Position numbers and translations under genes: made by a program. From positions 1-13,846 of the forward strand of contig CAZWEM010000074.1 of the NCBI GenBank assembly GCA_964632315.1: 13,846 nt of DNA. Reading direction: 5' to 3'. This DNA comes from an uncultured archaeon. Its GTDB lineage: Archaea; Asgardarchaeota; Lokiarchaeia; Sigyniarchaeales; SOKP01. A model generated the notes under the pieces. The model was not told where the DNA came from and ran no database searches. It worked only from the letters and a program-made list of their open reading frames with translations. Below, in pieces: positions 1 to 7,547 of the stretch. Numbering within the stretch: the first letter of the stretch is position 1; every line of letters starts with the position of its first letter.

Positions 1-301
1 CCCGGCACCGGTGCTCATCCCTCAGACGCCGTAACGTGTCTGGCCATACACCCCAGTTCGAACCGTAGATCAGCAACAACTCCGGTCTGAATTCAGCCGC
101 CTCTCGCCGCAGCCTGCGATTGAACCGTCGCCTATCGAAAACATTCACGCTGACACAGTTGATCGCCTCCAAGAACGGTTGGTCTTCGTCAACCGCGACC
201 AGTTTCGTGTCACAGCCGAGTCGCCGAAGCGCCCTTTCGACCAGCAGTGGGACGTCGCCGGACGGCAACGTGATACTTGCGACGACGATCACCCTAGTCA
301 C
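1..301 (-). CDS. CgeB-like (Glyco_trans_1_2-type) glycosyltransferase, N-terminal part; runs off the left edge
   Basis: Not in the ORF track. Hand translation from GTG at 301 is open to the window edge: MTRVIVVASITLPSGDVPLLVERALRRLGCDTKLVAVDEDQPFLEAINCVSVNVFDRRRFNRRLRREAAEFRPELLLIYGSNWGVWPDTLRRLRDEHRCR. GAGG lies 6 nt upstream of the GTG, and the start overlaps the stop of the upstream gene (GTGACTAG). 'ALRRLG...NRRL...EFRPELLLI' matches the N-terminal pattern of CgeB-type GT-B proteins. Confidence 0.7.
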   Translation of the reverse strand, partial: MTRVIVVASITLPSGDVPLLVERALRRLGCDTKLVAVDEDQPFLEAINCVSVNVFDRRRFNRRLRREAAEFRPELLLIYGSNWGVWPDTLRRLRDEHRCR

Positions 302-737
302 GGCACGCCTCGTTACGGCTACGCAAAGTGGCAAGACGCCGCCTGCTGCCGGCGGCGACCCGGCGGACCGCGCGAATCCAGCGCTCGGCACTCAGCCTGA
401 GCAGGACGAGCTTGATCTCATCGTGGTGGAATATCACCAGGCGGCGCTTGCCAACCTCGTACAGTCCGACCCAGCGCGGACGCGCTCGCGCCACCTGGCT
501 GACGGACACGCGTCGCCATTTCAGACCGTGGATCCCCTCTCGATAGGGTATGACGGCAAGGTCACACTCAAGAGCAGCCGGTAGCGAAGAAGCTTCGACC
601 TGCACCGCCGGAAACAATGTTGCCAACTCTGCGGAAAGGTCCTGGAATAACCAGTCACCATGAGTATCCATAATCCAGACTTGGCGCAGCAGATCCACCC
701 CTGCTCGCTCGAGCCGATGCCTCAGGTAGGCAGTCAT
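294..737 (-). CDS. hypothetical protein (147 aa) with a basic amphipathic C-terminus
   Basis: Co-oriented between the flippase and the CgeB-like gene, and overlaps the downstream start by 8 nt. Protein-like alternating alpha/beta composition (VWIMD, CDLAVIPY, WVGLYEV). No family recognised. Confidence 0.6.
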   Translation of the reverse strand: MTAYLRHRLERAGVDLLRQVWIMDTHGDWLFQDLSAELATLFPAVQVEASSLPAALECDLAVIPYREGIHGLKWRRVSVSQVARARPRWVGLYEVGKRRLVIFHHDEIKLVLLRLSAERWIRAVRRVAAGSRRRLATLRSRNEACRD

Positions 738-868
738 GTGGTGTCCATACAGACAGCGGAGGAAGTCCGATCATCCCCAGATCCATGAATGTGCATGGGC
801 ACCTCATGGTACCAGGCACTTGGCTGTCTCATCCTCTCGAGCGATGACCGATCGGAACCCATTCAGAT

Positions 869-2383
869 TCAAGTGCCGCTTTGTGTGAGCAGCCGAAACA
901 CTCTTCTGAAGTTCTCCCGATGCCCCGATCTGAGGAAGTGGTCCGAGATCCAGAGACCGGTGAGGTAGACGGACAAGCCCGTTCCGGAGAGCAGCGCCAG
1001 CTCCCACGTTCCCGGCACGATGCCCCAGCGCTGCAGAGTCACGACGGCGGAGACAGCGACAAGCGCTGCGATGACCGGTGAGCTCAACATCCTCACCACT
1101 TCGGCGAGCCGAACCCCAGTCAGCCGCAGGAAGCGAGGCCATGTGTACAGTTGCGTGACGAGGGTCAGGAGGCGTGCGTAAACCGCCCCAAGAATACCAA
1201 ATCCTGCGACTAGAGGGACAAGGCCTAGGGCCAGCACGAGAATGTTGAGAAGCGAAGCCTTGGTCTGGATGTCTGGCCGTCCTGCGGCCAGGAACAGAGA
1301 CCCGAAGTTCGCGGTCAGAGATCGTACGGCTCCAGATATCAATAGGAGTTGGAAGGCGGGAATCATCGGCGCCCATTTCTCCCCAAGCACGAAACGGACG
1401 ATCTGGGGTGCGAGGGCGAGCAATCCAGCGGCGACCGGCAGCGACACCGTGGACACGAGACCCAGCGTGCGGAAAACCGCAGCGCGCAACCTCTCCCGAT
1501 CATCGCGCACCTTGGAGAAGGCGGGAAACGTAACCTGGGAGACCACGAGCGTGACCTCGGTTGCCGCCATCCCAGACATCCGCGAGGCCATGTTGTATAA
1601 ACCGAGAGAGCCCGCTTGCAGCATGCGTCCTACCACCGCGGTGTCCAAGCTCTGCACTAAGTAGTTGAGCACCCGGGTCGAAAAGACCCACTTGCCGTAA
1701 CGACCGAGCTCAAGGGCCAGCTCTCGTTTGAACCGGAGTCTCGGTCGAAAGGGATGAATCACCCACGACATAACGGTTTGGGTAAGCTGCGCCGCGAGAA
1801 ACCCCCAAGCCAACGCCCAAGCATTACGGAGCACGACGCCTGCGGCGATCGAAACCACCACGTCCGCCAGTGACGTCGCCAACTGGTAGATGGTCTGCTT
1901 GCGAAATTCCAAATCCTTCTGAAAGTAGACCACTCCGATGTTGGTGAGTCCGCGTACGAGCAGTCCCCCGGCGATTAGTCGCAACAACGGTGCGGCTCCG
2001 GGCTCTCTGAAGAACGTAGCGATCGTTGGGGCGGCTGCCACGAGGACTAGCGCCAGCAGCCAGTTGCGGACTATCTGGACAACCCACGCCGTGTCGAAAT
2101 AATCACTTATCTCATCGTCCGCCTTGTGAATGAGTGCAGCCTCGAACCCAGTCTGTGAAACCGTGTCTAGGAGGGTGAGCCCGAGGAGAGCGATCGCGAA
2201 CAGCCCGAAGTCATTGGGGGAGAGCAGCCGGGCCAGAACCACTGTTCTTGCGAAGGTGATGAACCGACCCAGCAGCCGCCCGACAAGGACCCAGACGCCG
2301 CTGCGAACGGCTTTCTCGGATACAGTGCCACTCGAGCCTACGAGGCCGTGCAGCAATCGGGCGAGGTCTCTGTAAATCGGCAC
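869..2383 (-). CDS. wzx: Wzx-type polysaccharide flippase (PST/MOP family, WzxC-like lipopolysaccharide biosynthesis protein)
   Basis: 504 aa with many hydrophobic segments. Signature stretches: 'VLARLLSPNDFGLFAIA', 'TGFEAALIHK', 'FQKDLEFRK', 'LGLYNMASR', 'VTFPAFSK', 'VLGEKWAP'. GGAG lies 9 nt upstream of the GTG start. Confidence 0.93.
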   Translation of the reverse strand: MPIYRDLARLLHGLVGSSGTVSEKAVRSGVWVLVGRLLGRFITFARTVVLARLLSPNDFGLFAIALLGLTLLDTVSQTGFEAALIHKADDEISDYFDTAWVVQIVRNWLLALVLVAAAPTIATFFREPGAAPLLRLIAGGLLVRGLTNIGVVYFQKDLEFRKQTIYQLATSLADVVVSIAAGVVLRNAWALAWGFLAAQLTQTVMSWVIHPFRPRLRFKRELALELGRYGKWVFSTRVLNYLVQSLDTAVVGRMLQAGSLGLYNMASRMSGMAATEVTLVVSQVTFPAFSKVRDDRERLRAAVFRTLGLVSTVSLPVAAGLLALAPQIVRFVLGEKWAPMIPAFQLLLISGAVRSLTANFGSLFLAAGRPDIQTKASLLNILVLALGLVPLVAGFGILGAVYARLLTLVTQLYTWPRFLRLTGVRLAEVVRMLSSPVIAALVAVSAVVTLQRWGIVPGTWELALLSGTGLSVYLTGLWISDHFLRSGHRENFRRVFRLLTQSGT

Positions 2384-2510
2384 GTCTTACAGCTCCGACG
2401 TGCTCACCGCGTGAGGCACGCCGCCATCCTCCGGCCGGTGCGCGCACCTCGATCCCCGCCAGCGGGCGGTGCGGATACACGGGTCCCATGCTGGAGCGCG
2501 CTGGTGCAGC

Positions 2511-4184
2511 TCACCGCCCGCCAGTCCTCCGGAGCACGGCATTCGCTGCTCGCCGAATCGAGGGAAGCGAGTTGGCAATCGAGGCTGCCCTCCGTTTCGC
2601 GGAGCCGAGCGCTGCGTTCCTGACAACGTGCAATCGACCTCGGACGCCCGTTGGCGGAAAGTTGTAGCGGGCACGGATCGCCGGATCGGTGAAGTCGGTG
2701 TCGAAGTGCTTGTACTGCACTCTGCCTGCTTCCACGCGAACCCCGCCCTGGGCCGCAAATGCCAGTACATTGTTACCTTCCAGCTCCCGGTAGCCGGCCT
2801 TGACCAGGTTCGCCACTCCATCCACCGTCGCCTCGCCGGCTCCTGGATACGGTCCGGGCCGCAGCAGCGGTCGGAAGTTACCTTGGTGGAGGTTACCGAA
2901 GATACATCGATAGCGACTGTAGGGGGGGAAGACGTTGGAGTCATATCCAACGTTGCCGACGTTGTCGACCACGAAGAAGTGGAGGCCCGAGTATGTCAGA
3001 TCTCCGGTATGGCGCTGCTGGTTGAGCATGTAGGCGATGCTGCCGTCGTCCATGAACCGAGCGACTAACCGACGCTGCTCATCGGTGTAGGCGCGGGGAT
3101 AGATTGCTCCCTTGTATCGTCCCTGGAAGCGCCTCAGGTGAACCGGGAATCCATGGCGGGCGAAGAAGGCGATGTCTTCCTCAAGGCGGTCCAGGAAAGG
3201 GGGATAGGCCACGTAGACTATCGGCACCTCGATTCCGTGCTCGCGGAGCAGCTGCGCCTTCGCAAGGAAGCTCTCCCGGTCGATGGTGAGGGGATGAAAG
3301 GACGCGTTGATGTGGAGCCGTCCGTCCCGTGCGAGCCGCGTGCGGACAATCTCCTCAACAGGACCCGCGATGTTGGTGGTCATGCGGAGCTGCCAGGCGG
3401 GCTCTGACGCGACCATGTCGAGGATGTCGAAGAACGCACCGCCAATGGAGGGCTCACCGAATGCGAGGTAGAGGATGAGTGCTTGATCTCCGAACGAGTT
3501 CTTGAACGACGCATGCCACTGCTCGATGGTCCCGAAGAAGGCATCCGAGGGATTCCAGAGGCCTACGTAATAGCAGTAGGGACAAGCGTAGTTGCACGTC
3601 GCTTCGCGGCCGTTGTATTGCCACAACACGGTGGTGTGACGCCGCGGCAGTACGTGGAGGAGGGTTTCGCACACGAGTTCATTGCCGGAGTCGTTGGGAT
3701 GAATGGCGTCACGCAGCCCACGCCGGGCCGGCCATATCTTGTCGCGCCAGACGGCATTGACGTCGGCGATCTTGACCCGTTTCTCGAATGCCAGCTCTCG
3801 AACTGCCTCGCTGTAGCTGTCCACCTCACGGTTGCTTGCGGCACGATGGCCCTCGGTCACAGGATTGAGGGTCATGGGAAGCACCCGCACCCCGGCAGCC
3901 ACAAACGCATCTATCATCCCACCGACGTTCCGTTTGTACTCGCTCCTGCTCACCCCCTTGCGCCAGTCATTCATCCCGAAGCAGATTACAGCTACGTCGG
4001 GTGCCGTGCCCACGACACTGTCGAGACGAGCCATCCCGTCCCGGGATGTCTCGCCCGAGATCCCGGCGTTGATGAGCTCGACACCCACCTCTGGCGCGTG
4101 CTCCTGCACTCGATGCTCTAGCTTTGACGCCGCGCCCTTTATGATCGAGTCACCGAAAAGCAGTATGCGACAAGGATTCTCCAC
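2511..4184 (-). CDS. fused SGNH/GDSL hydrolase (N-terminal) and radical SAM domain (C-terminal) protein, 557 aa
   Basis: All four SGNH blocks are present: FGDSII (4146-4154), NAGISGETS, CFGMNDW, DAIHPN (3699-3710). They are followed in frame by CNYACPYC (CxxxCxxC, 3573-3596), AFGEPS, MTTN and NASFHP. I moved the start from 4376 to GTG 4184 because the longer version overlaps the pyruvyl transferase by about 160 nt and GGAGG lies between that gene's stop and 4184. Confidence 0.9.
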   Translation of the reverse strand: MENPCRILLFGDSIIKGAASKLEHRVQEHAPEVGVELINAGISGETSRDGMARLDSVVGTAPDVAVICFGMNDWRKGVSRSEYKRNVGGMIDAFVAAGVRVLPMTLNPVTEGHRAASNREVDSYSEAVRELAFEKRVKIADVNAVWRDKIWPARRGLRDAIHPNDSGNELVCETLLHVLPRRHTTVLWQYNGREATCNYACPYCYYVGLWNPSDAFFGTIEQWHASFKNSFGDQALILYLAFGEPSIGGAFFDILDMVASEPAWQLRMTTNIAGPVEEIVRTRLARDGRLHINASFHPLTIDRESFLAKAQLLREHGIEVPIVYVAYPPFLDRLEEDIAFFARHGFPVHLRRFQGRYKGAIYPRAYTDEQRRLVARFMDDGSIAYMLNQQRHTGDLTYSGLHFFVVDNVGNVGYDSNVFPPYSRYRCIFGNLHQGNFRPLLRPGPYPGAGEATVDGVANLVKAGYRELEGNNVLAFAAQGGVRVEAGRVQYKHFDTDFTDPAIRARYNFPPTGVRGRLHVVRNAALGSAKRRAASIANSLPSIRRAANAVLRRTGGR

Positions 4185-4213
4185 CTGTGAGAGTCCACCC
4201 CTCCAACCGACCG

Positions 4214-5329
4214 CTACCTGACAAGCGCCAGCCACCTGTCCACGGCTGCTCGCACCCGCGAGCGGTGAGCCACGACGGCGCGGACGATGCTCGTCGACCG
4301 TGACGCGTAGGACCCGAAGGTCTCGCCCACGAGCATACCCAACTCCTCGTGGCTGAGCGACTCCAACGGGACACAAAAATGCTGCTCGCCAAGGTCAGTC
4401 ATGAATCCGTGCACTTTCGGCAAGTAGGAGAGACCGATCATGGGGACGCCCCGAACCGCCGCGAGGATCAACGAATGAAGGCGCATGCCGATCACCATGT
4501 CACAGTGGTCTAGGATCTCCAAGAACTCCCGCGCAGAGGGCGCCTCCGTGAGGAGTCGTGCCGCATCAGAGTGACGCATTTTGTCTATCACGCGCCGACA
4601 GACCGACACATCATCGTCGCCAGCGGTGACCCGCAGCGGAACAAATAGGAGGGTGGCACCCCGGTTGCGGATCGCCTCATCCGCGGTTCTCGCAACGGCC
4701 TGCAGCACAGCTTCGAACGCCCCTTCCGCCTCCACGAAGTGCCCCTTGGAATACCAATGCCGCATGCAGACCATGATCCGTGGTGGATCGGCCGGAGCCT
4801 TCCTAGCGGGAATATCTTCATCCCCTAGCAGCAGTGCGAGGTCGCCCGCCACGTGGATCTCACTTCCCACACCGATTTCGGTGAGCAAATCCCTAGAGCA
4901 GCAATCGCGCACGGTGAGGTCGTCAACTCCTTGCAGCCCCCGCGCAAGCTGACGCCGAGACTCGGGGAACCTGATGCTCTCAACACCGACGCAGGCGAGA
5001 GCTGTCGGTCGTCCCAGGCGACGGGCCAGTCGGAGGTTTGCCAGCCAGCCGCGGAGTGAGCTCGAGTCGATACCGTAGTCCTTCAACAACCCACCACCGC
5101 CGAGGAGGAAAAGGCGCGCGCCCAGGATCGCGCCGGCACGACGCGCCATGGAGGTCCGGCGCGAGTGAAGTGCAGACAGTCCACCTTGTCGACGCACCTC
5201 CCCCGGACGCATCGTGAACACCAGCGGCTGGACGGACGCCCGAGCGCGCAAGGCGCCCAGTAACGCTTCGAGAATTGCCTCGTCTCCGAGGTTGCCGTGA
5301 CCGTAAAAACCCTCGATGACGACCTTCAT
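4214..5329 (-). CDS. polysaccharide pyruvyl transferase family protein (CsaB/WcaK-like)
   Basis: Motifs GFYGHGNLGDEAIL, LLGGGGLLKD, LTVRD, GMRLHSLILAAVRGVPMIGLSYLPKV are characteristic of PS_pyruv_trans proteins. Confidence 0.93.
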   Translation of the reverse strand: MKVVIEGFYGHGNLGDEAILEALLGALRARASVQPLVFTMRPGEVRRQGGLSALHSRRTSMARRAGAILGARLFLLGGGGLLKDYGIDSSSLRGWLANLRLARRLGRPTALACVGVESIRFPESRRQLARGLQGVDDLTVRDCCSRDLLTEIGVGSEIHVAGDLALLLGDEDIPARKAPADPPRIMVCMRHWYSKGHFVEAEGAFEAVLQAVARTADEAIRNRGATLLFVPLRVTAGDDDVSVCRRVIDKMRHSDAARLLTEAPSAREFLEILDHCDMVIGMRLHSLILAAVRGVPMIGLSYLPKVHGFMTDLGEQHFCVPLESLSHEELGMLVGETFGSYASRSTSIVRAVVAHRSRVRAAVDRWLALVR

Positions 5330-5388
5330 CTGGACCCAGAGCCTTCCTGCGTCTGATCAGGCGGCGTTTATCATCGCGAATGGATCGC

Positions 5389-5435
5389 GTGCTGCCTCGC
5401 CCCCATCCCATCTACAATACTCGAGACGCGAGGTG
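5389..5435 (+). promoter_or_regulatory. possible sigma70-type -10 element and RBS in the divergent intergenic region
   Basis: TACAAT at 5413-5418 and GAGGTG at 5430-5435 precede ATG 5445. No convincing -35 element. The region 5330-5444 lies between two divergent starts, so promoters are expected here. Confidence 0.3.
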
Positions 5436-5444
5436 CTGATCGGC

Positions 5445-6509
5445 ATGCGATGCGCTTTAGTGGAGCTCAACCCCTTTCACCGCGAGACGCTGCCGACGTT
5501 CGTTCTGCTCTTGAATCAGCTCGGCGTCACCGTCGACGTTTTTGCGCGCGGGGATACGCTCTCCCGGCGCCCTTTCGCACCATGCCCAAGTCTCCGCTAC
5601 AAGGCTCATTCGATCGACGACCTGCCGATGAAGCTGTGGTTCGAACTCCGCCGACTCGCCGGCTACGATTTCGTCGTTGCCAACTCTGTCGAACCGGTCT
5701 GGATCCTCCGGAAGCTGGCCCGGTTCCAGGTCCCGATCATCGGGGTGGTCCACAACTCGGTCCTGATGCTCGAGGATCCGGAGTACCAGGCCTTCTTTTC
5801 GCCCGCGTCGCGGCGCCCGCTGGTCCTCGCACCTCACATCGCGTCGTGGCTTGGGGGTCGCGCAGCAGTCAGTTGGGTGGCGCCGGTGCACGTGACGGAG
5901 GATCTTCGTCTCGACACGGCGAGAAATGACTGGCTCTGTGTCCAAGGCACAATCGACTTCAGACGCCGCAACTACGGATCGCTGATAGTGGCGGCTAGTG
6001 AGCTTGAGGCTGCGGGTGTGCCAAGCTTTTCCGCCATCGTCGTCGGAAAGGACTCTCACCTCGACGGTATGCGATTCCGGAGGGAGGTAGCGCGGCGGGG
6101 TCTGGAGAAGATCATCGTACTCGATGGCGAGAAGTTCGGCTACGACGACTATCTCGAGGCCGTCATGACAGCCGCATTCATTCTGCCCCTGGTTGACTCA
6201 ACCTCGCTCTTGTTCCAGCCATACTTCGGAGAGAAGGTCACATCGTCACTTTCCATGGCGCTCGCCACCGCGCGCATTCCGGTGGTCCACGCGGCGATCG
6301 CGAGGCTCTACGGGATCGAGGGAATGGCCGTGACGTACGAGGACGGAGGCCTGTGCGACGCCATCCGCCGCGCCATGGCTCTCCCAACCGATGAACGGGG
6401 AGAGATGATATCCGGCCTCCGGGAGTGCCGCGCGTCACTCCTCAGGAACTCCCTCAGCAATCTGAGGGCCGTCATGGAGGACCTCGCCCTCGACCCACGC
6501 CGACGGTGA
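5445..6509 (+). CDS. putative divergent GT-B fold glycosyltransferase (354 aa)
   Basis: Start moved from 5316 to ATG 5445 (GAGGTG 9 nt upstream; 5316 overlaps the divergent gene). Two Rossmann-like halves are suggested by 'LNQLGVTVDVF', 'YDFVVAN', 'PIIGVVHN', 'LCVQGTIDFRRRNY', 'AIVVGK' and 'SSLSMALATARIPVVH'. The canonical GT4 Ex7E motif is absent. Confidence 0.6.
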   Translation: MRCALVELNPFHRETLPTFVLLLNQLGVTVDVFARGDTLSRRPFAPCPSLRYKAHSIDDLPMKLWFELRRLAGYDFVVANSVEPVWILRKLARFQVPIIGVVHNSVLMLEDPEYQAFFSPASRRPLVLAPHIASWLGGRAAVSWVAPVHVTEDLRLDTARNDWLCVQGTIDFRRRNYGSLIVAASELEAAGVPSFSAIVVGKDSHLDGMRFRREVARRGLEKIIVLDGEKFGYDDYLEAVMTAAFILPLVDSTSLLFQPYFGEKVTSSLSMALATARIPVVHAAIARLYGIEGMAVTYEDGGLCDAIRRAMALPTDERGEMISGLRECRASLLRNSLSNLRAVMEDLALDPRRR

Positions 6510-6611
6510 CAAGTTGCCGAGGAGAACTGCCCTGAAACGGCCGCGCGTGACACTTGCCGGCGGAAAGGAACGCCAGTCGACCACGGGAGGTTGCGGTCAT
6601 CTGGGGACTAC

Positions 6612-7547
6612 GTGCCGCGCGACCCACTGGGCACCGGCCGCGGTGACGGAACCGGAAAGGCGGGCAGGTTGCAGCCCCTTGTGAGCATCGTCGTCCCCGT
6701 CCGTAACGATCCCATCGGCGTCCGGAGATGTGTGGGGGCGTTGCGGCGTCAATCCTACTCCCGCGAATGTCTCGAGATCCTGGTCGTCGACAACGATTCC
6801 ACGAACGACACCTGGGAGGTGATTTGCGAGCTGGGCGTCAAGGCGCTGCGCGAGACGTCGGTTCGGAACTCCTATGCCGCAAGGAATCGCGGGCTGGCGG
6901 AGTCCAGCGGCGACGTCCTGGCCTTCACCGACGCCGACTGCGTGCCTCACGAGCGATGGGTGGAGGCCGGCGTGCGCTCGCTGCTCGACGAGGGGGCGCA
7001 CCTAGCAGGTGGCCGGGTGCGCTTCGATCTCGGGTTCAAGCCGACTGGCGCCGAGATCTGGGACTCGATCACCAACATGCAGATGGCCGACAGTATCCGT
7101 GCGCGTGGGGTGGCCAAGACCGCCAATCTGTTCGTTCGACGAGAGGTTGTCGATGCCATCGGTGCTTTCCCCACGGCAGCACCCTCCGGCGGCGACGTCG
7201 CATGGACGGCACGCGCGACGGCGGCTGGATTTCGACTCGTGTATGCAGCCGATGCGGAGGTTCGCCATCCCACACGCCGCCTCGGGGCTCTCGTGCGGAA
7301 ACAGATGCGGGTCGGCGTCGGGCAGGCCTCGCTGCTCGGCGCCGCGGCCGGCACACGGCAGGCTGTCTCCCTGCTGATGCCCTTGCGGCCGTCAGAACTT
7401 CGCGCCAGATTGCGCGCTAAGGGTCAAGAGGTGTCTTCGGCGAACACGCTGCGGGTGTGGACGGCGGCATCGATCTGCCGTGCGGCGACCGCCGCCGGGA
7501 TCCTGTTCGGCCTTCCGCGCCTGCGTTCCGAGGAGACCGACGGGTGA
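6612..7547 (+). CDS. glycosyltransferase family 2 (resembles haloarchaeal AglI-type GT2)
   Basis: Motifs VSIVVPVRNDP, ILVVDNDS, SYAARNRGL, AFTDADC (DxD), TANLFVR, SGGD and VRHP. The start is uncertain: TTG 6591, GTG 6612 and TTG 6669 are all in frame. Confidence 0.9.
   Translation: MPRDPLGTGRGDGTGKAGRLQPLVSIVVPVRNDPIGVRRCVGALRRQSYSRECLEILVVDNDSTNDTWEVICELGVKALRETSVRNSYAARNRGLAESSGDVLAFTDADCVPHERWVEAGVRSLLDEGAHLAGGRVRFDLGFKPTGAEIWDSITNMQMADSIRARGVAKTANLFVRREVVDAIGAFPTAAPSGGDVAWTARATAAGFRLVYAADAEVRHPTRRLGALVRKQMRVGVGQASLLGAAAGTRQAVSLLMPLRPSELRARLRAKGQEVSSANTLRVWTAASICRAATAAGILFGLPRLRSEETDG

Noticed and set aside
120-584. 154-aa plus-strand ORF
   Set aside because: Antisense to two overlapping minus-strand genes, with a TTG start and no motifs.
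4205-4222. ops/JUMPstart-like element (GGTAGCGG on the minus strand)
   Set aside because: Does not match GGCGGTAG and overlaps a stop codon rather than lying in a leader.
4185-4376. 64-aa N-terminal extension of the SGNH-radical SAM ORF
   Set aside because: Overlaps the pyruvyl transferase gene and lacks domain features; the SGNH domain begins directly after GTG 4184.
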